Source: Bacteroidia bacterium (GTDB lineage Bacteria; Bacteroidota; Bacteroidia; NS11-12g; UBA9320). From it: 64,000 nt of DNA. The notes under the pieces are model-generated. The model worked only from the letters and a program-made list of their open reading frames with translations. It had not been told where the DNA came from and made no database searches. Both the position numbers and the translations under genes were made by a program. Location of the stretch: contig CBDCFW010000006.1 of the NCBI GenBank assembly GCA_965216465.1, positions 160,001 through 224,000 on the forward strand. Direction: 5' to 3'. Of this stretch, positions 30,514 through 40,947 are shown piece by piece; positions within the stretch are counted from its first letter, which is position 1; the number at the start of each line of letters is the position of its first letter.

Positions 30514-32004
30514 TTAAAATTTCGTGCTTAATGTTAGCACAACGCGGGTCGCATTTGCTGTACTCGACACTTCTCCAAAGTTCATACCTGGCACTGTGTA
30601 AGGCACATAGGTATTCTTCGTTATGTCTTTTACTACACCCAAATCAAATCCCCAATTTCTTTCTTGGATTCCTATTCCTCCAGAAACAAGTTTTCTGCTA
30701 ATTGCTTGACCATCAGCAATTGGGTTGCCGATAGATGCAAATCCTCCACGTACACGGAATGCATCAAAAGCATATTCTCCTCCTATCTTGAGGTTCATCG
30801 TTGACTGATATTTCTCGGTGATAAGATCGTTGCTTGACTCAAATAAGAAGTCGTCTGAAGACAAGCTCATGGTACTATAATCAACCGATTCAATTTCTGC
30901 CGTAACTAATCCAGATTTACCAAAGATATAAGCACCTTGTACACCATACTTCATAGGAGTAACAACGCTGTATGAATAATCTTTATCAATAGTTCTTAAA
31001 TCATCTGTGCTGCCATCATCATGCAGAACATAAAGCTGATCGTAGTATTGGTCCGTTAATCTAAGCACGGTAGGGGTATGGATTGTACCGCCAATTCGTA
31101 GGTTATTGTTTGGTCTAAAAATAAGGCCAAATCTGCCGCTATAACCTACTCCATTTGTTTCCAGTCTTCTGGTAAAATCGTAGCTATTCCAATTGTAGGT
31201 TGTCATCTGGTTATCGACTTCAGAAAATACATTCCGTTCTTCGTAACCTACGCTGTGAATATTTAGCCCGAATCCAAAATATACTTTGTGTTCATAGTTA
31301 GCTGCAAATGCTAAGTTGAATTCATTCATACCTCCTTTGGTTATTATTTTTCCTTTTTGACTTATTGGACCATTTGCAGGGTCGTAGTTGGCATAATAAT
31401 TTCCATTGGTTACTGAATCGATTAAGTACGAATACCAAAACATGTTTTCGAAGTAGTAAAATCCTCTGCTCAATTGTTCATCGTTTGCATCAAGTTGGGA
31501 TGCATCTAGGCCTCTAGCGTAGTCAGCAACATAATCAGTAAAAGAAGATCCTGAATTTTGTCCTTCGTAGCTTATCGTGCGGTTAAAATCTGCAGTTTTA
31601 TTCCAGCCGATTAAAAAACTATAATTGACCCAACCGTCTTTTGCAGGTTCGCCTCTTCTCATTTTTCTTTCTGTCGCTACGTAGTTTACACTTGGCAAGA
31701 TGGGCTTAAAAACGTTACTTACTTTATTTCCTCCGTCTAAATATTGCGATTCATTTTTTAGGGTTATGCTTCCTACCGAAAGATTGAAAGCTCCTCGTTT
31801 GTATTGTGCAAGGCCTGCAGGGTTAGTCAGTACTGCACTTGGGTCTGCTCCCACGGCACCTACTGCACCACCCATTCCAAGGCTTCGAGCAGTTGAACCA
31901 AGCGGAGAAGTGTTAGAATATCTGAGTGCATCAAGGTCACTCTGGGCTGATAAATTTGGGTATAACAATCCCATTATCGCTGCTAAAACAACTATTTTTT
32001 TCAT
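30514..32004 (-). CDS. OmpP1/FadL-like outer-membrane transporter
   Basis: Signal peptide; DALRYS, TARSLGMGGA.GA.GAD, NPAG; C-terminal Phe. Confidence 0.82.
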   Translation of the reverse strand: MKKIVVLAAIMGLLYPNLSAQSDLDALRYSNTSPLGSTARSLGMGGAVGAVGADPSAVLTNPAGLAQYKRGAFNLSVGSITLKNESQYLDGGNKVSNVFKPILPSVNYVATERKMRRGEPAKDGWVNYSFLIGWNKTADFNRTISYEGQNSGSSFTDYVADYARGLDASQLDANDEQLSRGFYYFENMFWYSYLIDSVTNGNYYANYDPANGPISQKGKIITKGGMNEFNLAFAANYEHKVYFGFGLNIHSVGYEERNVFSEVDNQMTTYNWNSYDFTRRLETNGVGYSGRFGLIFRPNNNLRIGGTIHTPTVLRLTDQYYDQLYVLHDDGSTDDLRTIDKDYSYSVVTPMKYGVQGAYIFGKSGLVTAEIESVDYSTMSLSSDDFLFESSNDLITEKYQSTMNLKIGGEYAFDAFRVRGGFASIGNPIADGQAISRKLVSGGIGIQERNWGFDLGVVKDITKNTYVPYTVPGMNFGEVSSTANATRVVLTLSTKF

Positions 32005-32027
32005 TTGACTTTTCTTTAAAATTTAAC

Positions 32028-33980
32028 TTATCGTCTGCGTGACGGGCTTGAGCTTCTGCTCGGCGAACTACTTCTTGCAGGTGAACTACTCCGTGAAGGA
32101 GATCTATAACTCGGAGATGAACTGCGAGAAGGCGAACTGCTTCTTGAAGGTGTTCTGTACGAATTGCTACTTCGTGATGGGGAACTGCTTCTTGAAGGTG
32201 CTTTATACGTATTGCTACTTCGCGATGGAGAGCTGCTTCGTGATGGCGTTCTGTACGAATTGCTACTTCGCGATGGCGAGCTGCTTCTTGAAGGTGTTTT
32301 ATACGTATTGCCACTTCGCGATGGCGAACTGCTTCGCGATGGTGTTTTATACGTATTACTACTTCGTGATGGCGAACTGTTTCGCGATGGTGTTTTATAC
32401 GTATTACTACTTCGCGATGGCGAACTGCTTCTCGAAGGTGTTTTATACGTATTGCTGCTTCGTGACGGCGTACTGCTTCTTGAAGGTGTTTTATACGTAT
32501 TACTACTTCGCGATGGCGTACTGCTTCTCGAAGGTGTTTTATACGTATTGCTGCTTCGTGACGGCGTACTGCTTCGCGATGGTGTTTTATACGTATTACT
32601 ACTTCGCGATGGCGAACTGCTTCTCGAAGGAGTTGTATACGTATTACTGCTTCGTGAAGGTGAGCTACTACGAGTAGGAGTTTTATACGTATTGCTTGTT
32701 GAAGCAGGAGTGCTAGAATTTGATTGCGTTCTATACTTTGTACTTGGAGCAGACACGTTGCTTCTGGTATTTGCACCTTGCACGGATGTAGTGTTACTTG
32801 AAGTTCTATACTTCGTATTTGAGTTCACACTCGCTCTGGTATTATTTGTAGAAGTAGGAGTATTGGTACTCACTCTAGTTCCAGCACTAGACCTTGTATT
32901 TGCAGGCACATTTGATACTGTAGACTGCTTAGGAGTGTTATTTACATTGGCTTGCTGACTTCGAGTTGTCATAACGCGTTCAGGATTCATTCCATTTGGA
33001 TCGATCACATCAGTGTGCACACCTCCATTTGTAGAAACGACACGTTGACCTCCAGGTCTTCGCGTTTGAGCAGGACCTCCAGAATTTGAATTATTGTTTG
33101 TGCCTATACGTTGTCTTGGACTGTTTGCTGCACGATTGTAACGGTCGCTGTTTGCAACTCCGGCTGTAGTCGATCCAGAACTATAATATCCTTGAGAACC
33201 CCATCTTCCTGTTCTTCCCCAGCGATTACGATTGTTTCCATAGTATCCCCAGTTGTTACCATACCAACCACCTCTTGAGTAATAGTTGCAATTCCAACCT
33301 CCGGTATTCCAACCATAGCCCCAAGTGTTCCAACCGTATGCTCGGTTATTCCAACAGTAGTTATTGTTCCATCCATAAGGATTTCCCCAATAAGGGTTAC
33401 CCCAGTAAGGATTCCCCCATGAATATCCAACATACCAGCCGTTCCAACTGTTCCATCCGACATTCCATCCTCTATTCCAACCGCGGTTCCAGCCACGATT
33501 CCAGCCGTTGTTCCAGCCATACCAACCATTGCCATAAAACCATGGATCATAGGCCCAATCGTTATAGTATCTGTTATATCTTCTTCCGTAACGCCAATTG
33601 TAGTCGTCACCGTCATTATATCCATCGCGATAGCCATCTACATAGCCTTGCTCATAAGAATACTCAAATTCTTCACCCCTGAAACGACGTATAGATTGTT
33701 CGTAGTCGATTCTTTCTTCTTCAACTTCAGCATAATCTTCGGTCGGGAATGTTCCTTCATCGTCAACTGGAGCTACATCATTATATTGAACTTCAGGTTG
33801 AGGAGCGGGTGCTGGCTCAGGTGTATACTTTTGAGGAGCAGGTTGTGGTGCATTTTGTACAACTACAACATCATCTTCAGGTGTGTAATACACATCGTCA
33901 TACGTGTTCGTTGTGAGCTTGTTGCTGCTGCAACTTGCTAGAAATATGGCGGCTAGCGAGAGATAATAATATATTTTCAT
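32028..33980 (-). CDS. Low-complexity lipoprotein with W/G/N/Y-rich and Ser/Arg/Pro-repeat domains
   Basis: Lipobox FLASC, YDDVYY motif, GWNR and WGNPY repeats, 16-aa tandem repeat tail. Confidence 0.85.
   Translation of the reverse strand: MKIYYYLSLAAIFLASCSSNKLTTNTYDDVYYTPEDDVVVVQNAPQPAPQKYTPEPAPAPQPEVQYNDVAPVDDEGTFPTEDYAEVEEERIDYEQSIRRFRGEEFEYSYEQGYVDGYRDGYNDGDDYNWRYGRRYNRYYNDWAYDPWFYGNGWYGWNNGWNRGWNRGWNRGWNVGWNSWNGWYVGYSWGNPYWGNPYWGNPYGWNNNYCWNNRAYGWNTWGYGWNTGGWNCNYYSRGGWYGNNWGYYGNNRNRWGRTGRWGSQGYYSSGSTTAGVANSDRYNRAANSPRQRIGTNNNSNSGGPAQTRRPGGQRVVSTNGGVHTDVIDPNGMNPERVMTTRSQQANVNNTPKQSTVSNVPANTRSSAGTRVSTNTPTSTNNTRASVNSNTKYRTSSNTTSVQGANTRSNVSAPSTKYRTQSNSSTPASTSNTYKTPTRSSSPSRSSNTYTTPSRSSSPSRSSNTYKTPSRSSTPSRSSNTYKTPSRSSTPSRSSNTYKTPSRSSTPSRSSNTYKTPSRSSSPSRSSNTYKTPSRNSSPSRSSNTYKTPSRSSSPSRSGNTYKTPSRSSSPSRSSNSYRTPSRSSSPSRSSNTYKAPSRSSSPSRSSNSYRTPSRSSSPSRSSSPSYRSPSRSSSPARSSSPSRSSSPSRRR
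32030..32693 (-). repeat. Coding tandem repeat, 48-bp unit, ~12-13 copies (YKTPSRSSSPSRSSNT)
   Basis: Directly visible periodicity with synonymous variation between units. Confidence 0.95.
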
Positions 33981-34060
33981 CGTGTACAAATTTTAATTTA
34001 ACAGAACAGCTTAATTTTGCTGCCACTTAATAAGATTCAAAACATATACCAAATAAATTA

Positions 34061-35539
34061 ATGGCATTTGAAAAGGTAACAAGAGAGCAAGATTATTCGA
34101 AATGGTATAACAACCTGGTTGAAGGTGCAGATCTCGCACAACACAGTTCGGTTAGAGGATGTATGGTGATTAAACCATATGGTTATGCTATTTGGGAAAA
34201 AATGCAACAAGAGTTAGATCGAAGGTTTAAAGAAACAGGTCATCAGAACGCATACTTCCCCTTGTTCGTTCCCAAAAGTTTATTCGAAGCTGAAGAAAAG
34301 AATGCTGAAGGATTTGCTAAGGAATGTGCCGTTGTAACGCACTATCGATTGCAAAACGACCCAGACAATGCTGGAAAATTACGTGTTGATCCAGAGGCTC
34401 GCTTAGAGGAAGAATTAGTCGTTCGTCCAACAAGTGAGGCTATTATTTGGAATACCTACAAAGGTTGGATTCAAAGTTATCGTGACCTTCCGATTCTTGT
34501 GAACCAATGGGCTAATGTGGTACGTTGGGAAATGAGAACTCGTTTATTCTTGCGAACTGCAGAATTTCTTTGGCAAGAAGGGCATACTGCTCACGCTACA
34601 AAACAAGAAGCGATTGATGAAACCAAGCAAATGCTGGATGTATATGCCGAATTTGCGGAAACTGTTTTGGCTATTCCAACAATAAAAGGTAGAAAAACAG
34701 AGAATGAAAGGTTCGCCGGTGCAGATGACACATTGTGTATTGAAGGCTTAATGCAAGATGGTAAAGCATTGCAGATGGGTACTTCACATTTTTTAGGTCA
34801 AAATTTTGCGAAGGCTTTTGATGTTAAGTTTACTAACAGAGAAGGAAAACAAGATCACGTATGGGCAACCAGCTGGGGTGTTAGTACACGTTTAATGGGA
34901 GCTTTAATTATGACTCATAGCGATGATGAGGGTTTAGTGCTTCCACCAAACTTAGCGCCTATTCAAATTGTAATTGTGCCTATTTATAGAGGACTTGAGC
35001 AACTCAACTCCATTTATGACAAAATGGAGCCTATCATCAAAAACCTTAAAGCAAAAGGAATTTCGGTAAAATTTGATGACCGTGACACGCATAAGCCAGG
35101 ATTCAAATTTGCTGAGTGGGAACTTAAAGGAGTTCCACTGCGTGTGGCTATCGGACCAAGAGATTTGAAGAACGGAACCGTTGAAGTTGCGCGAAGAGAC
35201 ACCAAAGAAAAGCAAGTTCTGGAAATGGTGGATATTGAAAATAAGCTTGAGCATCTACTTGAAGCTATGCAAAAAGAAATCTACTTAAAGGCACTGAACT
35301 ATAGAGACAATCATATTACATTGGTTAACACCTGGGATGAGTTTACAGAAGCATTAGAAAACAAAACTGGCTTCATTTCAGCACATTGGGATGGAACAAA
35401 CGAAACAGAAGACAAAATCAAGGAGCTGACTAAGGCCACTATTCGTTGTATCCCATTTGACAATCCACAAGAAGAGGGAAAATGTGTTCTTACAGGAAAT
35501 CCGAGTAAAGAACGTGTGCTATTTGCGAAAGCTTATTAA
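34061..35539 (+). CDS. proS: Proline--tRNA ligase (archaeal/eukaryotic type)
   Basis: [45 protein letters not shown]-terminal FAKAY. Confidence 0.97.
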   Translation: MAFEKVTREQDYSKWYNNLVEGADLAQHSSVRGCMVIKPYGYAIWEKMQQELDRRFKETGHQNAYFPLFVPKSLFEAEEKNAEGFAKECAVVTHYRLQNDPDNAGKLRVDPEARLEEELVVRPTSEAIIWNTYKGWIQSYRDLPILVNQWANVVRWEMRTRLFLRTAEFLWQEGHTAHATKQEAIDETKQMLDVYAEFAETVLAIPTIKGRKTENERFAGADDTLCIEGLMQDGKALQMGTSHFLGQNFAKAFDVKFTNREGKQDHVWATSWGVSTRLMGALIMTHSDDEGLVLPPNLAPIQIVIVPIYRGLEQLNSIYDKMEPIIKNLKAKGISVKFDDRDTHKPGFKFAEWELKGVPLRVAIGPRDLKNGTVEVARRDTKEKQVLEMVDIENKLEHLLEAMQKEIYLKALNYRDNHITLVNTWDEFTEALENKTGFISAHWDGTNETEDKIKELTKATIRCIPFDNPQEEGKCVLTGNPSKERVLFAKAY

Positions 35540-35623
35540 ATCGATGCAGTTAGCATTGATGTCAATCTTTAATTCAAGATTGATCCAATTGAGAGTTCAT
35601 TATTTGCTTTAATTTTGAAGATA

Positions 35624-36256
35624 ATGACCCGCGTTATTTTTATCGATGACCACAAAATCATTACAGATGGACTTGAGTCGCTCTTAAGGGATGTTGCAAA
35701 CGTTTCAGTAGTAGGGATATTTCAAGTACCGCAAGACGCAATCGATTTTTTGGATAAAAATCAGGTCGATTTAGTATTTACCGATCAGGATATGCCGGGT
35801 TTTCGAGGCGAAGATATTCTAGCTTATTGTAAATCGAAGTTCCCACGTACCAAGGTCATCTTTCTCACCATGTACAACGAGAAAGCACTTATTCAGCACT
35901 TAATCAAACTCGGAGCGGATGGATATTTAGTAAAAAGTTCTGGGAAAGAGACGATTTTAAATGCGATTGAAACAGTTATGCATGGAGGGAAATATTTCTC
36001 TGATGAAGTCATTCGGTCTTTAGTTGCTGAACCTGCTATGAACGTACCCAGACTAGTTGATGAAACTTTAAGCAAGAGAGAAATTCAAATCATTAAGCTC
36101 ATTGCTGAGGGCAATTCGAGCAAAGAAATTGGCAATTCCTTGAACATCAGCCAGCGAACAGTTGAAACACACCGCAGAAACATACAGAAGAAACTGAATA
36201 CCAATGGAATAGCTGGGATAATTCGCTACGCATTTCATCACAATCTTATTTCATAA
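35624..36256 (+). CDS. NarL/LuxR family response regulator
   Basis: IDDH, TD.DMP, GYLVK receiver; LSKRE...S.RTVETHRRNI HTH; ATG 35624 follows TAATTTTG. Confidence 0.94.
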   Translation: MTRVIFIDDHKIITDGLESLLRDVANVSVVGIFQVPQDAIDFLDKNQVDLVFTDQDMPGFRGEDILAYCKSKFPRTKVIFLTMYNEKALIQHLIKLGADGYLVKSSGKETILNAIETVMHGGKYFSDEVIRSLVAEPAMNVPRLVDETLSKREIQIIKLIAEGNSSKEIGNSLNISQRTVETHRRNIQKKLNTNGIAGIIRYAFHHNLIS

Positions 36257-36325
36257 TACGTATTTATACGTACTAAATTACGTAAGAATTGCTATTTTAG
36301 TAAGGTTTAACAGGCTCTAATTTTG
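36257..36325 (+). promoter_or_regulatory. Triple TACGTA operator plus -7 element upstream of the 36346 gene
   Basis: TACGTA at 36257, 36267 and 36279; TAATTTTG at 36318-36325. Confidence 0.65.
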
Positions 36326-36345
36326 AGCCATCAAAGTCTAATCGT

Positions 36346-38094
36346 ATGAAACATCTATTAACCATTGCGGTTGCATGCATTTGCTTTTTACCGCTTCAAG
36401 CCCAAACATTAAAAGACAAAGTAAAATTAAAAACACAGGGCCAAGAAAAATTTGAAAACTATAAATGTGGCTACGTTCACGAGGAGTCAGTAAAGGAGAA
36501 AATGAATCCAATGAAGGCCTTGCAAAAGAGTATGGGGTCGGCAGTATCAAGTGCTAGTAAATCTGACTTGGGAACAGCTTCAATATCTGTTTTTTATCAA
36601 GCACATCTGCATCCTCAAAACATTATGAGGTATCCAACAAAAACCCCTGGCTGGGAAACCTGTGGCGATGCTGTATTTTTAGGCTTCACCAACAAAAGTG
36701 GAATTGGACTTTGTTCAACTGACGGAGAAGTTACGGTTGAAAATCAAACTATTCCTTATGCTGGAATTGGAACTTATTTTCATGGGTTTTCTCCTGAAAA
36801 AAGAGGGAATAAAAAGGTTCTTATAACCAGTAGCAATGGAGACAATATTGAGCTAGAAATTGAACCAGCACAAAGTTTAGAAATTTTGTCGATTGATGGT
36901 TTGCCAAAGGGAGAAGTTGCTGAGCTCGATGGTTCGAAAGACATTGTTGTTGAGTTAGCCAACGGTGATGCTGATCCAAAATCTCAGCTGCATGTACAGC
37001 TGGTTTGTAAATTAATGGGAACACCTATTATTTACGACTTACTGGTCACTCAAGCAAAGAACAAGATAGTAATTCCTAAGGAGTCATTTTACAATTTTGA
37101 GGGATCTCCTAGCCCTTTTGCCAAAACAAATACCTTGATTGTAAACCGTGTAACTGAAACGTTGGTAGAGAAAACGGATGCCGGTGCACTTAGAACTATA
37201 AGTGCATATATGGATTGGGCTCCCGTAAAGGTTTCAGGAGACATCGCAAATGGCAATGTGCTAACTATGGGTTTTGATACAACCAAGAACACACAGATGA
37301 ATTTAAATGTGAAAAATGAAGGCAATTATACCCTTAATTTAAAGAAGGGTAATCCGTATACGTCTGCACCACTAACACAAATGAAATCTGTGGCAATTGC
37401 ATCTTTTGTTGTTCGAGGTAATTTATCTTCAAAGCAGGTTTCAGCTACTGAAGACTGGACCGTTGAAACGACGAAATGGTTTCCTGAACTTAGTGACCAA
37501 AATTGGCAAATGCTTTCAAATAAGATGTACGATCAATTTGTGACCCACCTTTCTAACATGGGAATTCAAGTGATAAACAGCAACGATGTTGTTAACTCTG
37601 AGGCTTATAACCATATCAAATCTATACAGGATGGAGCGACCAAAAATTTTGTTGAAGTTGGAGCATATGGCACCAAAAGAATACTCACTACGAGTGGCGA
37701 CGACATAATGGAAGATCTTAGTATTTCATTTCCCAGTGATTTTATAAGTGAGCGACTTATTAGTGAACTAGAAGTAGATGGTGTTCTTGCCGTAACCTTT
37801 GACCTTGATTTCAATTTTGAAACGGAAGGTTTAGACCCTAAAGTGAGTGTACAAGCTTTTGCTCCTAATGTGAGTTATAAAACTGCCGCGAATTACTTTA
37901 AGGTCTCAGCATATGCTGATTCAAGATCGTTAAAGGAAAGTAAAGAAATTCCAGGACCAGTTCACGACATTTTGTATGAAATGATAAAAGGGGATGCATT
38001 CTTTCGGCAATTGGAAGAGGCTATGACATCACTAATGACATTGGAAAATAAAAACCCTGCCTACATCAACATATGGAAAGCAAAATCTAATTAA
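36346..38094 (+). CDS. Exported hypothetical protein (582 aa)
   Basis: Sec signal peptide (LQA/QT); no recognised domain. Confidence 0.8.
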   Translation: MKHLLTIAVACICFLPLQAQTLKDKVKLKTQGQEKFENYKCGYVHEESVKEKMNPMKALQKSMGSAVSSASKSDLGTASISVFYQAHLHPQNIMRYPTKTPGWETCGDAVFLGFTNKSGIGLCSTDGEVTVENQTIPYAGIGTYFHGFSPEKRGNKKVLITSSNGDNIELEIEPAQSLEILSIDGLPKGEVAELDGSKDIVVELANGDADPKSQLHVQLVCKLMGTPIIYDLLVTQAKNKIVIPKESFYNFEGSPSPFAKTNTLIVNRVTETLVEKTDAGALRTISAYMDWAPVKVSGDIANGNVLTMGFDTTKNTQMNLNVKNEGNYTLNLKKGNPYTSAPLTQMKSVAIASFVVRGNLSSKQVSATEDWTVETTKWFPELSDQNWQMLSNKMYDQFVTHLSNMGIQVINSNDVVNSEAYNHIKSIQDGATKNFVEVGAYGTKRILTTSGDDIMEDLSISFPSDFISERLISELEVDGVLAVTFDLDFNFETEGLDPKVSVQAFAPNVSYKTAANYFKVSAYADSRSLKESKEIPGPVHDILYEMIKGDAFFRQLEEAMTSLMTLENKNPAYINIWKAKSN

Positions 38095-38102
38095 ACAGAG
38101 AC

Positions 38103-39023
38103 ATGAAATATTTAAGCATTTTACTGATTGTAATTCCCCATTTTTTACATGGCCAAGTGGCAAAACACAAGGTTGCCTATGACGACCCTAATAAAGAAAA
38201 TTTAGCTGTATCATTTGATCTATTCACAGCAGAGTTTTATCTCGGGGATGAAGAAAAAGGAATAGAAGCCTTCGGAGGTGTCGGATATGGTTTTCAAGCC
38301 AGCTACATGAATCTTTTCAATCGTATGCAGATAGAATTAAATGGCAGAAAGAACTATACTTTTGACGGTGACTTGCCTACAAGTTATTTTGATGCTGGAT
38401 TTTCACTAGATCTATCACAAAAAAGTAAAAGCACAAAAACTACTTTGCAGTTGGGCAGTGCAGGTAACAACAAAGTAAGGGTGTTAACCGGAGTAGGCCT
38501 TACTCAAATGAACAGGTTTAGGGTTCGAGGGGGAATAACCTATACCAATGCCCGGGTTGATGTCCCAAAAGGGTTGGGTATCCTACTGGGTCAAGCTCAA
38601 GTAAAAAGAGCTGGAGTTTATGGTGGTTTAGAGTATAGTTCAAACACCAATTTTAAAACCAACGTATTTGGCTATGGAGATAGACGCGACAAAACCATGT
38701 TTCGCCTCTATGGCGATGTAATTGTTACACCTATTGGAGGATATGGAGACGAACTGGCCACTGGACTTGGTGGGCGTACCATGGTACCAATCACAGACAA
38801 TCTCAGAGAACAATTAGATTCTTCAGGAATGACAACTTCTTTTGGTTATCGCGTTGGGGTTAAATATGTTTTTTCATTTCCCAACGGTATCAATATTAAC
38901 ACCGACGGCTTTGTTGGAATAAAACCTCCATTTGTTGGCTTTTATACCTATATCGGGACCGGAATTACAATTAACATTGCTACAGCCTTTCAGAAGAACA
39001 GTGAAGCAAAACTGGAAGAATAG
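38103..39023 (+). CDS. Hypothetical outer-membrane beta-barrel-like protein
   Basis: Signal peptide; alternating Gly/aromatic beta-strand pattern. Confidence 0.7.
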   Translation: MKYLSILLIVIPHFLHGQVAKHKVAYDDPNKENLAVSFDLFTAEFYLGDEEKGIEAFGGVGYGFQASYMNLFNRMQIELNGRKNYTFDGDLPTSYFDAGFSLDLSQKSKSTKTTLQLGSAGNNKVRVLTGVGLTQMNRFRVRGGITYTNARVDVPKGLGILLGQAQVKRAGVYGGLEYSSNTNFKTNVFGYGDRRDKTMFRLYGDVIVTPIGGYGDELATGLGGRTMVPITDNLREQLDSSGMTTSFGYRVGVKYVFSFPNGININTDGFVGIKPPFVGFYTYIGTGITINIATAFQKNSEAKLEE

Positions 39024-39049
39024 ACTAATTTAGTGCTTCTATAAAAGCC

Positions 39050-40873
39050 GTGAACTCCCAATTCAAATCGATTTTAATTGCATCCGTGTTGGGTATGTGG
39101 TCATTAGTTCAATCCGTTTATGCTCAATATGATTCTTCTGATGCACATCAAGATGGATTTGAGGTAAATTCATACAACACTTTCATGTTGGATAGTTTGT
39201 ATCTTCTAAACCAACAGGGAAACTGGATAGAGACTCATCGATTGTACGAATGGAGTCAAAGTTTAGATCCATCAACGTTTGACAAGAATGATTCGATCGG
39301 GTATTATCTAGCCGTAGGTGGTTACTGCTATAAAAACGGTGAAATTGAAAAGGCAAATTCATATTATGAAGCGGTTGCACATATAGCAACGCAATCAGAT
39401 GACAACAAACTTTTGGGAATCGTTCACATTGCCTTTGGTAATCTTCATTATTACTTAAAAGACATATCTACGGCCATCGAGTTTTACGACTTAGTTACTA
39501 AAAATGAGGATGCTTCTTCTTATTCCAGAGCGGCGGCAGCACACAACACAGGTGCGTTAATGTATGAATTGTTTCAATCCGACTCAACAGGGATGAATAA
39601 TCCTCAAAAACGCAATGAAATTGAGAGTTATTTAAGGCAAGCTATCCAATTGCACAAAGAAAATCAAAATGATATTGGACTTGCCGCAACATATAGTGTC
39701 ATTGTGCCGTGGTTTGGACTAATTTCGAACTTCGATAGTGCTTATAGCTATGCTGAACAAAGTATAGAACTGAGTCAATCGTTAATGATTCCTGGGAGAA
39801 CAGCGTTTGCACAGATTAATTATGCTCGTGTATTGGTATGGGACGGCAAACCAGAACGAGCCATAGCTCGGCTTGATTCGGCAATAGCCTTTTATGATTC
39901 TGTTAAAAATCTAGAACAACTAGCACATGGATTAAGAATAAAATCATGGGCTTACGATTCGCTAGGTGAATATAAAAAAGCATTCGAAGCTGTTCGCAAA
40001 GTAAATGAAATATTACGCGAAGAATGGCCTGAAAAGCTCCGTGAAAAAGTAGCGCAGAACAAAGCTAAAAATGACTATTTCAAGGTTGAAAGTCAAAATG
40101 CTCAACTTGAACTATCGAATGCGAAATCAAGACTTGTAAATCAGCGATTAAAGTTTGCTCTAATTCTAATTTCCATTGCTGTTATTCTAATCTATCTATT
40201 TTATAGAAATCGCATAAAGTCAAGAGAATTACAGCTTAAACTGGAGCGGCTGAAGCATAAAGACCAAATTATTAAGACCACCTTAGAAGCTGAAGAAAGC
40301 GAGCGAAACAGAATAGCTATGGAGCTTCACGACGGAGTTGGTCAACAACTTTCTAGTCTTATGATGAGGATTGAGGATAGTACATTTACCGACGTCGAAC
40401 GTAAAGAGAACCTCAAAAAGTTAATTTCGTCTGCCTCTTTTTCAATCCGTTCTATGAGTCACAAGATGATGCCATTTGCACTAAAACAATTTGGATTGAT
40501 ACAAGCACTCAAAGGTTTGACCGAGAATTTAAACGAGCAATATGAAGTTCAATTCTCATTCGAACATTTCAATATTGAAAATGTCAATCTGCCTGAATTT
40601 ACTCAAAGTAATTTGTACCGAATTGCACAGGAGGCAACAAACAATATTCTTAAACACGCTCAGGCTACTGAAGCCAGTATACAGCTATACAAACAAGCCG
40701 AAAATTTGATTCTTGCAATATCAGACAACGGAAGTGGTTTTGATACATCTCAAAACTCAAAAGGCATGGGGCTGTTTAGTATGATGAATCGAGCTGAAGC
40801 CTTGGATGGTTCTTTTCATATAGAGTCAAATGCCGCTGGAACGAATATCATTGTTAAAATCCCCCATCACTAG
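39050..40873 (+). CDS. Sensor histidine kinase (periplasmic TPR, HisKA_3, HATPase_c)
   Basis: ERNRIAMELHDGVGQQL, YRIAQEA.NNILKHA, DNGSGF, GMGL. Confidence 0.93.
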   Translation: MNSQFKSILIASVLGMWSLVQSVYAQYDSSDAHQDGFEVNSYNTFMLDSLYLLNQQGNWIETHRLYEWSQSLDPSTFDKNDSIGYYLAVGGYCYKNGEIEKANSYYEAVAHIATQSDDNKLLGIVHIAFGNLHYYLKDISTAIEFYDLVTKNEDASSYSRAAAAHNTGALMYELFQSDSTGMNNPQKRNEIESYLRQAIQLHKENQNDIGLAATYSVIVPWFGLISNFDSAYSYAEQSIELSQSLMIPGRTAFAQINYARVLVWDGKPERAIARLDSAIAFYDSVKNLEQLAHGLRIKSWAYDSLGEYKKAFEAVRKVNEILREEWPEKLREKVAQNKAKNDYFKVESQNAQLELSNAKSRLVNQRLKFALILISIAVILIYLFYRNRIKSRELQLKLERLKHKDQIIKTTLEAEESERNRIAMELHDGVGQQLSSLMMRIEDSTFTDVERKENLKKLISSASFSIRSMSHKMMPFALKQFGLIQALKGLTENLNEQYEVQFSFEHFNIENVNLPEFTQSNLYRIAQEATNNILKHAQATEASIQLYKQAENLILAISDNGSGFDTSQNSKGMGLFSMMNRAEALDGSFHIESNAAGTNIIVKIPHH

Positions 40874-40947
40874 GAATGCATCATTTTGTAGATGCTGGTG
40901 ATTATTTCTTATTTGGTAAAGCTTTAAAGAATGTCTAAATTTGGTTC

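Noticed and set aside
32030-32693. Possible CRISPR array
   Set aside because: Contiguous tandem units with no unique spacers, in frame within a CDS, and no cas genes in the window
31937-32958. Long alternative-frame ORFs over the repeat (31937-32776 -, 32039-32677 +, 32164-32958 +), including a Cys/Tyr/Phe-rich one
   Set aside because: By-products of a 48-bp repeat that lacks stops in several frames; variation between units is mostly synonymous in the lipoprotein frame
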